Shown: positions 13,702 through 22,376 of the stretch, in pieces | Layout: the number at the start of each line of letters is the position of its first letter | Position numbering within the stretch: position 1 is the stretch's first letter | NCBI GenBank assembly: GCA_044224875.1 | Contig: JBGAJQ010000007.1 | Coordinates: 1-64,000, forward strand | Length of the DNA stretch: 64,000 bases | Direction of reading: 5' to 3' | Source: Gemmatimonadaceae bacterium | GTDB lineage: Bacteria > Gemmatimonadota > Gemmatimonadetes > Gemmatimonadales > Gemmatimonadaceae | Made by a program: the position numbers and the translations under genes | The notes under the pieces: generated by a model | Told to the model about the DNA's origin: nothing | Seen by the model: only the letters and a program-made list of their open reading frames with translations | Database searches by the model: none

Positions 13702-14007
13702 ATGGCGAAGACTTCCAAGAAAGTAAAAAACGAGATGCGCAAGAAGCTGTCCACGAAGCATCTGGCGCGGCGCAACGAATTGCGGAAGATCGTGAAGAAT
13801 CCGAAGACGACGGACGAGGATCGCGCCGCGGCGTACGCCGCGATGCGCAAGCTCCCTCGCGATTCGTCGCCGACGCGAGTCCGCAATCGCTGCCAGGTGA
13901 GTGGACGGGCCCGCGGCTACGAGGGCTTCTTCGGCCTGTCACGGATTGCCTTGCGAGACATGGCGCTGAACGGGTTTCTCCCCGGCGTGCGCAAGTCATC
14001 GTGGTAG
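13702..14007 (+). CDS. rpsN: 30S ribosomal protein S14, long Zn-independent type
   Basis: LPRDSSPTRVRNRC..GLSRIALR..PGVRKSSW; 101 aa with a single Cys. Confidence 0.96.
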   Translation: MAKTSKKVKNEMRKKLSTKHLARRNELRKIVKNPKTTDEDRAAAYAAMRKLPRDSSPTRVRNRCQVSGRARGYEGFFGLSRIALRDMALNGFLPGVRKSSW

Positions 14008-14057
14008 GACGTGCGTGGGCCGGCGACACGAGGGGTGTCGTTGGCACCAGGCATGGT

Positions 14058-14066
14058 TGGTACACT
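14058..14066 (+). promoter_or_regulatory. Possible internal extended -10 promoter upstream of rpsH
   Basis: TGG-TACACT in the 109-bp rpsN-rpsH gap. Confidence 0.3.
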
Positions 14067-14116
14067 GAGATTTCTCCACGTCCCGACGGGATACGAGAGG
14101 AAGAGGATCTTACGAC

Positions 14117-14515
14117 ATGAGCATGACAGACCCGATCGCCGATATGCTCACGCGGATTCGCAATGCCTGCGGATCGAAGCACCGACGCGTGGACATGCCG
14201 GCTTCGAAGGTGAAGATCGAAATTGCGCGCATCCTTCGGGATCACTCGTTCATCCAGGATTATCGCGTGCTGGAAACCGAGAACGGACGCCGGGTGCTGC
14301 GCGTGGTGTTGCGCTACGCCGGCGGGCAATCGGTGATCCGGGAGATGCGCCGGGTGTCATCGCCGGGGCTGCGGAAGTACGTCGCGGTCGGCGAGATCCC
14401 GCGCGTGCGCAACGGACTGGGAATGGCCATCGTGAGCACGTCGCAAGGGCTCATGTCCGATCAACAGGCGCGCAAGGCTCACACGGGCGGCGAGTTGCTC
14501 GCCCTCGTCTGGTAA
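14117..14515 (+). CDS. rpsH: 30S ribosomal protein S8
   Basis: MTDPIADMLTRIRN..STSQG..GGELL. Confidence 0.98.
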   Translation: MSMTDPIADMLTRIRNACGSKHRRVDMPASKVKIEIARILRDHSFIQDYRVLETENGRRVLRVVLRYAGGQSVIREMRRVSSPGLRKYVAVGEIPRVRNGLGMAIVSTSQGLMSDQQARKAHTGGELLALVW

Positions 14516-14525
14516 GGAGACCGCC

Positions 14526-15065
14526 ATGTCGCGTATTGGAAAGAGGCCGGTTCCGGTGCCCAGCGGCGTCACGGTTGCCGTCAGCGGCAACACCGTGGCC
14601 GTGAAGGGCCCGAAGGGTGAGCTGAAGCGGGCGTTGCATGCCGACCTCGGCGTGTCGTTCGAGAACGGCGTGATCACGGTGGCACGTCCATCGGATGAGC
14701 CGCGGCACAAGGCCCTGCACGGGCTGTCGCGGTCGCTGGTGGCGAACATGATCGAGGGCGTCACCAAGGGCTTCATGAAGCAGCTGGAGATCACGGGCGT
14801 CGGCTACAAGGCAGAGCCAAAGCCATACGGCTTGCTGTTGTCGTTAGGTTACTCGCACCAGATCGAGTACAAGGCCCCGGCAGGGATCAAGCTGACGGCG
14901 CCACAGCCAACGCAGGTGGTGATCGAAGGAGCGGACAAGGAAATCGTGGGGCAGGTCGCCGCCGAGATCCGGTCGCTGCGCAAGCCGGAGCCGTACAAGG
15001 GGAAGGGCATCAAGTACGCAGGAGAGACGATCCGCCGGAAGGCGGGTAAGGCCGGAGGCAAGTAA
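14526..15065 (+). CDS. rplF: 50S ribosomal protein L6
   Basis: MSRIGKRPV..PEPYKGKGI. Confidence 0.98.
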   Translation: MSRIGKRPVPVPSGVTVAVSGNTVAVKGPKGELKRALHADLGVSFENGVITVARPSDEPRHKALHGLSRSLVANMIEGVTKGFMKQLEITGVGYKAEPKPYGLLLSLGYSHQIEYKAPAGIKLTAPQPTQVVIEGADKEIVGQVAAEIRSLRKPEPYKGKGIKYAGETIRRKAGKAGGK

Positions 15066-15422
15066 ATGCCACGCATGAGCATTCCGAAGAGCCGCGAGGA
15101 GAAGCGGTACCGCCGGCACCTGCGCGTTCGCAAGAGCGTGACGGGGACGCCCGACCGTCCACGGCTCGTGGTCTTTCGTTCCTTGAAGCACATCACGGCG
15201 CAGTTGGTCGACGACGTGGGCCAGAAGACGCTGCTGACGATCGTCGACGCGAAGATGTCGGGCAAGAAGTCGGAGAAGTCTGCCGAGGTGGGCCGGCAGT
15301 TGGCCGCCAAGGCAAAGGAAGCGGGCATCACGAAGGTGGTGTTCGATCGCGCTGGATACCGGTATCACGGCCGCGTGAAGGCGCTGGCCGACGGCGCCCG
15401 CGAGGGCGGACTGGAGTTCTGA
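15066..15422 (+). CDS. rplR: 50S ribosomal protein L18
   Basis: [22 protein letters not shown]. Confidence 0.97.
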   Translation: MPRMSIPKSREEKRYRRHLRVRKSVTGTPDRPRLVVFRSLKHITAQLVDDVGQKTLLTIVDAKMSGKKSEKSAEVGRQLAAKAKEAGITKVVFDRAGYRYHGRVKALADGAREGGLEF

Positions 15423-15423
15423 T

Positions 15424-16176
15424 ATGGCTGACGAAACAGTTGGAACTGGCGGCGCCCCGGGTGGCGCGCCCCAAGGTCGGGGCGGTCGCGGCGGTCGTGG
15501 CCGTGGCGGTCGCGGCGGTGGTCCTGGTGGCCGCGGTGGCGGACCGGGCGGCCGTGGCGGTGGTCCCGGTGGCGGTCGTGGCGGCCGTGGCGAAGGCCAG
15601 GGCGGCGGCGGTCGCGATGGTGGCCGCGGAGGCCGTGGTGGCGAACAGCAGCAACGCGAGGGGTCGGATCTCGTTGAAAACGTGGTCGCGATCAACCGCG
15701 TCGCCAAGGTCGTCAAAGGCGGTCGCCGGTTCAGCTTCAACGCGCTGGTCGCCGTAGGCGACGGTCAGGGAAAGGTCGGTTTCGCCACGGGCAAGGCGAA
15801 CGAAGTCTCGGAAGCGGTCCGCAAGGCCGTTGAGGCGGCCCGCCGTCGCATGGTCGTGATCCCGCGCACGGGGAGCACCATCCCGCATGAGATCGTGGGT
15901 AAGCACGGGGCCGGCCAGGTCGTCATGAAGCCCGCCGCACCGGGCGCCGGCGTGATTGCCGGTGGCGCGGTTCGCGCCGTCATGGAATGCGCCGGGATCA
16001 CCGACATCCTCACCAAGTCGTTAGGTTCCACGAATCCGCACAACATGGTGCGCGCTGCCTTCGACGGGCTCACGCACCTGACCACGCACGACCAGATCGC
16101 GCGCGAACGCGGCGTGGAGATGTCCTCCATTCCATATCGCTCGCGGGCGAAGGGGAAGGAGGCCGCACATGCCTAG
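15424..16176 (+). CDS. rpsE: 30S ribosomal protein S5 with an RGG-rich N-terminal extension
   Basis: [26 protein letters not shown]. Confidence 0.98.
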   Translation: MADETVGTGGAPGGAPQGRGGRGGRGRGGRGGGPGGRGGGPGGRGGGPGGGRGGRGEGQGGGGRDGGRGGRGGEQQQREGSDLVENVVAINRVAKVVKGGRRFSFNALVAVGDGQGKVGFATGKANEVSEAVRKAVEAARRRMVVIPRTGSTIPHEIVGKHGAGQVVMKPAAPGAGVIAGGAVRAVMECAGITDILTKSLGSTNPHNMVRAAFDGLTHLTTHDQIARERGVEMSSIPYRSRAKGKEAAHA

Positions 16177-16423
16177 AACATTCGTGTGGCATCCGGGGCG
16201 CGGTCCAAAGACCGTGCGTCCGCTGCCGCCTCCGGGGGAGCAACAACTCCGGATCAAGCAGGTGAAGAGCGGCATCGGTCACTCGTGGCGCATGCGGCAG
16301 GTGCTTCAAGCGCTGGGCCTGCGTCATCATCAGGCCGTGGTCATTCACAAGGATTCGCCCGCGTTGCGCGGTGCGATCGATAAAGTGCGTCACCTCGTCG
16401 AGGTGACGCGCGTTGAGGAGTAA
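16169..16423 (+). CDS. rpmD: 50S ribosomal protein L30
   Basis: [24 protein letters not shown]. Confidence 0.93.
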   Translation: MPRTFVWHPGRGPKTVRPLPPPGEQQLRIKQVKSGIGHSWRMRQVLQALGLRHHQAVVIHKDSPALRGAIDKVRHLVEVTRVEE

Positions 16424-16427
16424 GACT

Positions 16428-16892
16428 GTGGCGACGCCAGAAAAGATCGGCCTCCACAACCTGAAGGCAGCTCCCGGTTCGCACCGCGATCGGAAGCGCT
16501 TGGGTCGTGGCCCGGGCTCGGGAACAGGCAAGACGGCTGGGAAGGGACACAAAGGGAGTATGGCGCGCACCGGTCACGGTGGACCTGGCGGTGGCAAGCC
16601 GCAGTTCGAAGGCGGCCAGATGCCAATGACGCGTCGAATCCCCAAGCGCGGCTTCACGAACCCATTCCGCGTCGAGGCGCAGGTCATCGGTCTCGACGAC
16701 CTAGCGCGCGTGACTGGCGAAGAGATTACGCCAGACACCCTCGCGGCGGTGGGACTGGTGAAGCGCCGCAAGGGACCTGTTAAGCTTCTTGCCAACGGCG
16801 AGATCGCGCGTGCGATCACCGTTCGCGGTGTGAAGGTCAGCGCCGCGGCACGTGAAAAGGTCGTCGCGGCCGGAGGCCGCATCGAGGAGTAA
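16428..16892 (+). CDS. rplO: 50S ribosomal protein L15
   Basis: GRGPGSGTGKTAGKGHKG..FEGGQMP; GTG start assumed at 16428. Confidence 0.97.
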   Translation: MATPEKIGLHNLKAAPGSHRDRKRLGRGPGSGTGKTAGKGHKGSMARTGHGGPGGGKPQFEGGQMPMTRRIPKRGFTNPFRVEAQVIGLDDLARVTGEEITPDTLAAVGLVKRRKGPVKLLANGEIARAITVRGVKVSAAAREKVVAAGGRIEE

Positions 16893-18224
16893 ATGGCACA
16901 AGCGAACCCCGCCGCGGCCCTGGCGAACATCTACAAGACGCCGGAGCTGTGGGAGAAGATCACGTTCACCTTCCTCTGCCTGGTCCTGTACCGGGTGGGC
17001 TCCCACATCGTGGCGCCGGGAGTGGACGCGGTCGCGATCACGGACTTCTTCAAGAACCAGGGATCGGGAGGCTTGCTCGGCCTCTACGACCACTTCGTCG
17101 GCGGCGGACTTTCCCGCGCGACGGTATTCGCCCTCGGCATCATGCCGTACATCTCGGCGTCCATCTTCGTGCAGATCGCCGGGGCCGTGATTCCGTCGGT
17201 CGAAAAGATGCAGCGCGAGGAGGAAGGCCGGAAACGACTGTCGCAGTGGACGCGATACGCGACGGTCGTTCTCGCTGTGGTGCAGGCGTGGGGGTTTGCA
17301 CTCTTCACCGAGTCGCTGCAGGGCGCCGTCGCGAACCCAGGATTCTGGTTCAAGGTGCAGATGGCCGTCGTGCTCACCACCGGGGCTGTGTTCGTGATGT
17401 GGTTGGGCGAGCAGATCTCGGAACGTGGTCTCGGCAATGGATCGAGCCTGCTGATCTACTTCTCGATCGTTGAACGCTTCTGGCCGAGCATTTTCCAGAC
17501 GTTCGGTTTCGTGAGCACGGGAGCGATTGGCCTATTCTCCCTGGCCATTCTGGGAATCGTGATGCTCGCGGTGGTCGCTGGCGTCGTTGGCGTGACCTTG
17601 GCGGCCCGCCGGATCCTCATTCAGATCCCGCAGCGAACGATGGCGCGGGGGCGGATGCGCGAGGCAGCACGAAACTTCATCCCGTTGCGGATCAACTCGT
17701 CCGGCGTAATGCCGATCGTGTTCGCGCAGTCCGTAATCGTAGTCCCTGGGGCGCTGGCGCAATTCAGCGGCCAGCCGGCGCTCCAGCGATTCGCGGAGTT
17801 GTTCCAGCCCGGCACGTGGATGTACTACGTGCTGAGCGCCGTGCTGATCATTTTCTTCACGTACTTCTACACGTCGATCATCTTCAATCCGATTGACCTG
17901 GCGGAGAACCTGAAGAAGCAGGCCGGGTTCATCCCGGGCGTGAAGCCGGGTGCCAAGACGGCCGAGTACATCGAGCACGTGCTGGATCGTATTACGCTGC
18001 CTGGTGCGATCTTCCTGACGGTTATCGCGCTGATGCCGCAGGTGCTGGCCGACTGGATCAATGTGCCGTTCCGGTTTGGAGGCACGTCGCTGCTGATCAT
18101 CGTCGGCGTGGCGCTGGACACCCTCGCGCAGATGCAACAGCACTTGCTGCTGCGCAAATATGACGGGTTCATGAAGAAGGGCCGGGTACGGTTTCGCGGT
18201 CGGCAGCAGGCGGGTGGGTTCTAA
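16893..18224 (+). CDS. secY: Preprotein translocase subunit SecY
   Basis: FALGIMPYISASI, WLGEQI..GLGNGSS, FIPGVKPG, GGTSLLI. Confidence 0.99.
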   Translation: MAQANPAAALANIYKTPELWEKITFTFLCLVLYRVGSHIVAPGVDAVAITDFFKNQGSGGLLGLYDHFVGGGLSRATVFALGIMPYISASIFVQIAGAVIPSVEKMQREEEGRKRLSQWTRYATVVLAVVQAWGFALFTESLQGAVANPGFWFKVQMAVVLTTGAVFVMWLGEQISERGLGNGSSLLIYFSIVERFWPSIFQTFGFVSTGAIGLFSLAILGIVMLAVVAGVVGVTLAARRILIQIPQRTMARGRMREAARNFIPLRINSSGVMPIVFAQSVIVVPGALAQFSGQPALQRFAELFQPGTWMYYVLSAVLIIFFTYFYTSIIFNPIDLAENLKKQAGFIPGVKPGAKTAEYIEHVLDRITLPGAIFLTVIALMPQVLADWINVPFRFGGTSLLIIVGVALDTLAQMQQHLLLRKYDGFMKKGRVRFRGRQQAGGF

Positions 18225-18274
18225 CGCGGCCTGACGCGGCGTGCGCGCCAACACCACCGTCGCCCCCTTGTCAG

Positions 18275-18302
18275 CGCCGGCCGCCTCACGCGGCCGGCGT
18301 TT
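18275..18302 (+). terminator. Putative intrinsic terminator or stabilising hairpin after secY
   Basis: CGCCGGCCGC-CTCAC-GCGGCCGGCG followed by TTT. Confidence 0.55.
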
Positions 18303-18362
18303 GCCGTTGCTTCGCAGGTTGCTGATGCTCTCTGGTCAGGTCCAACTCTCCCCCCGCGTGAC

Positions 18363-18998
18363 ATGATCATCGTACTCCTCGGTCCCCCAGGTTCCGGCAA
18401 AGGCACGCAAGGCGACCCGTTAGGCAAAGTGCTTGGTGTCCCGAAGATCGCCACGGGCGACGTGCTGCGCTCGGCGGTGCGCGAGGGTACGCCGATGGGG
18501 CTGGCGGCCAAGGCAGCCATGGACCGTGGCGACCTGGTGCCCGATGAAGTGATCCTCGGGATCATGAAGGACGCCTTGGCTGGGCCCACGGCGAGGACGG
18601 GGGCGATTCTCGACGGCGTCGTTCGCACGGTTCCACAAGCTGAGGGGCTTTCCCGGGTCCTGTCGGCGCTCGGCCGGCCCCTGGACGCCGTCCTGATGTT
18701 TCAGCTGCCGGATGACGAAATCGTCCGTCGATTGAGCGGCCGCACCGTTTGCGGATCCTGCCAGACGCCCTACACGGGGCGCGAGCCAGGGTCGACCTGT
18801 GGCAACTGCGGTGGCACGCTCGTGCGACGTCAGGACGATGAGCCAGACGCCATTCGCAACCGACTGTCCGTGTACCAGCGGCAGACGGCGCCCGTGCTCG
18901 ACTGGTACAAGACACACGGGGCTCGACTCGTGGATGTCGACGCCTCTGGAACCCCGGATGATGTCCTAGGCCGCATCAAGAGGTCGTTGAACCTGTGA
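18363..18998 (+). CDS. adk: Adenylate kinase (Zn-lid type)
   Basis: GPPGSGKGTQ, GDLVPD, lid CxxC..CxxC, RQDD. Confidence 0.97.
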   Translation: MIIVLLGPPGSGKGTQGDPLGKVLGVPKIATGDVLRSAVREGTPMGLAAKAAMDRGDLVPDEVILGIMKDALAGPTARTGAILDGVVRTVPQAEGLSRVLSALGRPLDAVLMFQLPDDEIVRRLSGRTVCGSCQTPYTGREPGSTCGNCGGTLVRRQDDEPDAIRNRLSVYQRQTAPVLDWYKTHGARLVDVDASGTPDDVLGRIKRSLNL

Positions 18999-19750
18999 TT
19001 TCCCTGAAGTCGCCCCGCGAGCTCGAGATCATGGCGCGTGGCGGTCACATCCTGGCCGAGACGCTCGAGCTGCTGCGCGGGAAGGTGAGCCCCGGCGTGA
19101 GCACCAAGGACCTGGACGCGATCGCGGAGGCGTTCATTCGGTCGCATCCCGGTGCGACGCCAGCGTTCAAGGGACTGTATGGCTTTCCCGCCAGCGCCTG
19201 CATTTCACTCAATGAAGAAATCGTGCACGGGATTCCGTCTGCCAAGCGCGTGCTTCAGGACGGCGACCTGGTGAAGCTGGACGTGGGCGTGAAGCTGGAA
19301 GGCTACTACACGGATGCGGCGATCACCGTGCCTGTTGGGCAGATCGACGAGAAAAGCGCTCGCCTGATCGACGTCACACAGCGTGCACTCAAGGCGGGGA
19401 TCGAGGCGGCGGTCGTCGGCAACCACATTGGCGATATCGGCGCGGCGATCGAGGCGGTGGTCAGGGACGCCGGGTTCACGACGGCGGACGACTTGGTGGG
19501 ACACTACGTGGGCACCAAACCGCACGGCGATCCCCAGGTGCCGAACTTTGGGAAGCCCAAGCGTGGCGCGAAGTTGATGCCGGGCCTGACGATTGCGATT
19601 GAACCCATGGTAAACGTTGGTGGTTCACGCACGCGGACGCTGCGGGACCGGTGGACGGTGGTGACAGCGGACGGATCGCGATCGGCGCATTTCGAGCACA
19701 CGGTCGCCGTGACGGACGGTGGACCCTTGGTGCTGACGAAGGCCGCCTAA
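18995..19750 (+). CDS. map: Methionine aminopeptidase type I
   Basis: NEEIVHGIP, KLDVG..TDAA, AIEPM, SAHFEHT. Confidence 0.97.
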   Translation: MISLKSPRELEIMARGGHILAETLELLRGKVSPGVSTKDLDAIAEAFIRSHPGATPAFKGLYGFPASACISLNEEIVHGIPSAKRVLQDGDLVKLDVGVKLEGYYTDAAITVPVGQIDEKSARLIDVTQRALKAGIEAAVVGNHIGDIGAAIEAVVRDAGFTTADDLVGHYVGTKPHGDPQVPNFGKPKRGAKLMPGLTIAIEPMVNVGGSRTRTLRDRWTVVTADGSRSAHFEHTVAVTDGGPLVLTKAA

Positions 19751-19768
19751 CGTCGCTGCCCCGCCACG

Positions 19769-20530
19769 ATGCCGACGGGACCGGGGCCCAGGGACTTCAC
19801 GGGGCGTGTGGCGATCGTCACCGGTGCCGCGCGTGGCCTTGGACGAGCGGCGGCCGAGCGACTGCTCGAGCGTGGCGCGTCCGTGGCGGTGAACGTACGC
19901 ACGGTCGAACGGGCAGCGGCCCTTGCTGATTCGTTAGGTCCTGCAGTCCTTGCCATACCCGGTGACCTCACGGGCGAAGGCGTCCCCGCGTCACTCGTGG
20001 AGCGCGTCGTCCAGAAATTCGGTCGCGTGGACATCCTCGTGAACAATGCGGCATTGGCTCGCTCCACGCGCTTTCCGGATCTCTCCGCCGAGGAATTTCG
20101 GGAGGCCTTCGAAGTGAACGTCACCGCGCCGTTTCTCCTGATCAAGGCGTGCCTGCCGATCATGCGAGCGCAGCGCTACGGCCGAGTCGTGAACATCTCG
20201 TCCACCGCCGGCCGTCAGGTGAGTACGCTCGGTGGCGCCCACTACACCGCGTCCAAGACGGGTCTGGTCGGACTCACGCGCGCGGCTGCCAAGGAGCTGG
20301 GACAGTACGGAATCACCGTCAATGCGGTCTGTCCGGGGATGATCGACACCGAACTCACCCGGGAATACGCCACGCCGGAGACATTGGACAAGCTCGCCGC
20401 GAGCTTTCCCGTGCCACGACTCGGCACGGCGCGAGAGGTCGCCGACCTCATTTGCTTTGTCGCATCGGAAGAAGCCGGATACATCACGGGAGCCGCCCTG
20501 GATATCAACGGCGGCGACCTCATGATGTAG
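19769..20530 (+). CDS. SDR family oxidoreductase (FabG-like)
   Basis: TGAARGLG, LVNNA, YTASK, PGMIDT. Confidence 0.93.
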   Translation: MPTGPGPRDFTGRVAIVTGAARGLGRAAAERLLERGASVAVNVRTVERAAALADSLGPAVLAIPGDLTGEGVPASLVERVVQKFGRVDILVNNAALARSTRFPDLSAEEFREAFEVNVTAPFLLIKACLPIMRAQRYGRVVNISSTAGRQVSTLGGAHYTASKTGLVGLTRAAAKELGQYGITVNAVCPGMIDTELTREYATPETLDKLAASFPVPRLGTAREVADLICFVASEEAGYITGAALDINGGDLMM

Positions 20531-20542
20531 CCACGACGAATC

Positions 20543-21787
20543 ATGAAGGAAAGCACTCGCGTCCTTGTTGCGTTAGGCGTTGCGGTGGGCGCAGGCATAG
20601 CCATCGATGCGAGCGGTCGTTCGTCGCTCGTCCAGCTGGCGGACGGCATCGCGCCGATTGGAACGCTCTGGGTGAACGCGATCCGCATGACGGTGATTCC
20701 GCTGGTGGTCTCGTTGCTGATCACGGGAGTGACGTCCGCGGCGGACGTTCGTGAGATCGGGCGGATGGGACGTCGGACCATCGTCACGTTCATCGGCGTA
20801 TTGGTCTTCCTCTCGCTGCTCGTGATCCCGGCAATGCCATGGGTCTTTCGGCTGCTCCCTCCCAGCGGCTCGCCACCGCCACTCCCTGCCGGGGCGGCGG
20901 AGGCGGCGGGACAGGTGACAGGGAGCGGTCAGGCCCAGACGTTCGGCGCCTGGCTGGTCTCCCTCATTCCGGCAAACCCAGTCGCGGCGGCGGCCAACGG
21001 CCAGATGGTCCCGTTGGTGTTGTTCACGTTCTTGTTGGCCCTGGCGATCGCCCGCGGTCCGACGAGCGCGCGCGGGACACTCACGGCTTTCTTCAAGTCG
21101 GTCGGCGACGTGATGCTGGTGCTTGTCCGTTGGGTAGTGCTGGCGGCCCCGATTGGCGTGTTTGCCCTGGTGTTGCCTCTGGCGGCTCACGCCGGCGAGT
21201 CGGTTGTGGGAGCGATCGGATTCTATATCGTCACCTACATGGTGACGTGCTTGCTGGCGAGCGCAGCGCTGTATCCCGTCGTCGCCGCGGTGGCTCGGGT
21301 GCCGATGCGCGTGTTCGCGCGTGCGGTGCTGCCCGCGCAGCTCATCGCCGTCAGCTCCTCTTCATCGATAGCCTCACTTCCCGCCTTGGTGGAGGGGGCG
21401 GAACAGCGGTTGGGGCTGAGCCACAAGGTGAGCGGGTTCGTGTTGCCATTGGCCGTCTCCACCTTCAAGCCGGCTTCGCCGGTGTCGTGGTCGGTGGGAG
21501 CACTCTTTGTCAGCTGGTTCTACGGCATACCGTTGCACCTGCCACAACTGGCGATCATCGCCTTTGCTGCCGTGTTTCTGGCGTTCGCGGCGCCCGGCGT
21601 GCCACGTGGCGCTTTCATCATGTTGGCGCCGCTCTTTGTCGCCATAGGGTTGCCGCCCGAGGGCATTGGCATCCTGATCGCGGTCGACGTCATCCCGGAC
21701 ACGTGCTCGACGGTGTTGAACGTGACCGGTGACCTGGCCGCGGCGGCCATCGTGGCTCGGCAGGAGGGCGACACGCTTGTCCGCTGA
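20543..21787 (+). CDS. Dicarboxylate/amino acid:cation symporter (DAACS family)
   Basis: Multiple TM helices, SSSS motif, APGVP, AVDVIPD..TVLNVTGD. Confidence 0.92.
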   Translation: MKESTRVLVALGVAVGAGIAIDASGRSSLVQLADGIAPIGTLWVNAIRMTVIPLVVSLLITGVTSAADVREIGRMGRRTIVTFIGVLVFLSLLVIPAMPWVFRLLPPSGSPPPLPAGAAEAAGQVTGSGQAQTFGAWLVSLIPANPVAAAANGQMVPLVLFTFLLALAIARGPTSARGTLTAFFKSVGDVMLVLVRWVVLAAPIGVFALVLPLAAHAGESVVGAIGFYIVTYMVTCLLASAALYPVVAAVARVPMRVFARAVLPAQLIAVSSSSSIASLPALVEGAEQRLGLSHKVSGFVLPLAVSTFKPASPVSWSVGALFVSWFYGIPLHLPQLAIIAFAAVFLAFAAPGVPRGAFIMLAPLFVAIGLPPEGIGILIAVDVIPDTCSTVLNVTGDLAAAAIVARQEGDTLVR

Positions 21788-22361
21788 CCACCTCGCCCTC
21801 ATCGGGGCGACCGTGCGCCTCGAGCCGATGCGAGCGGAGCACTTGGACGCCATCTGCGCGGTGGGCCTGGACCCTTCGATCTGGCAGTGGATGCCCGTTC
21901 AAGTACGGGATCGCGATGGGATGCGCGCATTCATTGCTGACGCGCTGGCTGAAGCGCAGCAGGGCACAAGCGTTCCGTTTGTGACGATGTTGAAGGAAAC
22001 CGGCGCAGTCGTCGGCTCAACACGCTTCCTCAACATCGTTCGGCCTCATCGACGAGTGGAGATCGGTGGGACGTGGATCGCGCCGGCATTCCAACGCACT
22101 CGCGTGAACAGCGAGGCGAAGTACCTCATGCTGTGCCACGCGTTCGACGTGTGGCAGTGTCAGCGGGTCGAGTTCAAGACGAACGCATTGAATGCGGCCT
22201 CGCGTACGGCCATCCTCCGGCTAGGAGCGGTAGAGGAGGGGACGCTCCGCAAGCACATGCTGAACGCAGATGGGTCCACGCGACACAGCACGTATTTCAG
22301 CATCATCGACGACGAGTGGCCGGCGCTGAAGGCTCGATTGGAGTCGTGGCTTGAACGATGA
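21777..22361 (+). CDS. GNAT N-acetyltransferase, RimJ/RimL-like
   Basis: VGSTRF..EIGGTW..QRTRVNSEAK..RLGAVEEG; TTG start at 21777 after GGAGG. Confidence 0.88.
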   Translation: MSADHLALIGATVRLEPMRAEHLDAICAVGLDPSIWQWMPVQVRDRDGMRAFIADALAEAQQGTSVPFVTMLKETGAVVGSTRFLNIVRPHRRVEIGGTWIAPAFQRTRVNSEAKYLMLCHAFDVWQCQRVEFKTNALNAASRTAILRLGAVEEGTLRKHMLNADGSTRHSTYFSIIDDEWPALKARLESWLER

Positions 22362-22376
22362 CGAGTCCCTGCTTCC

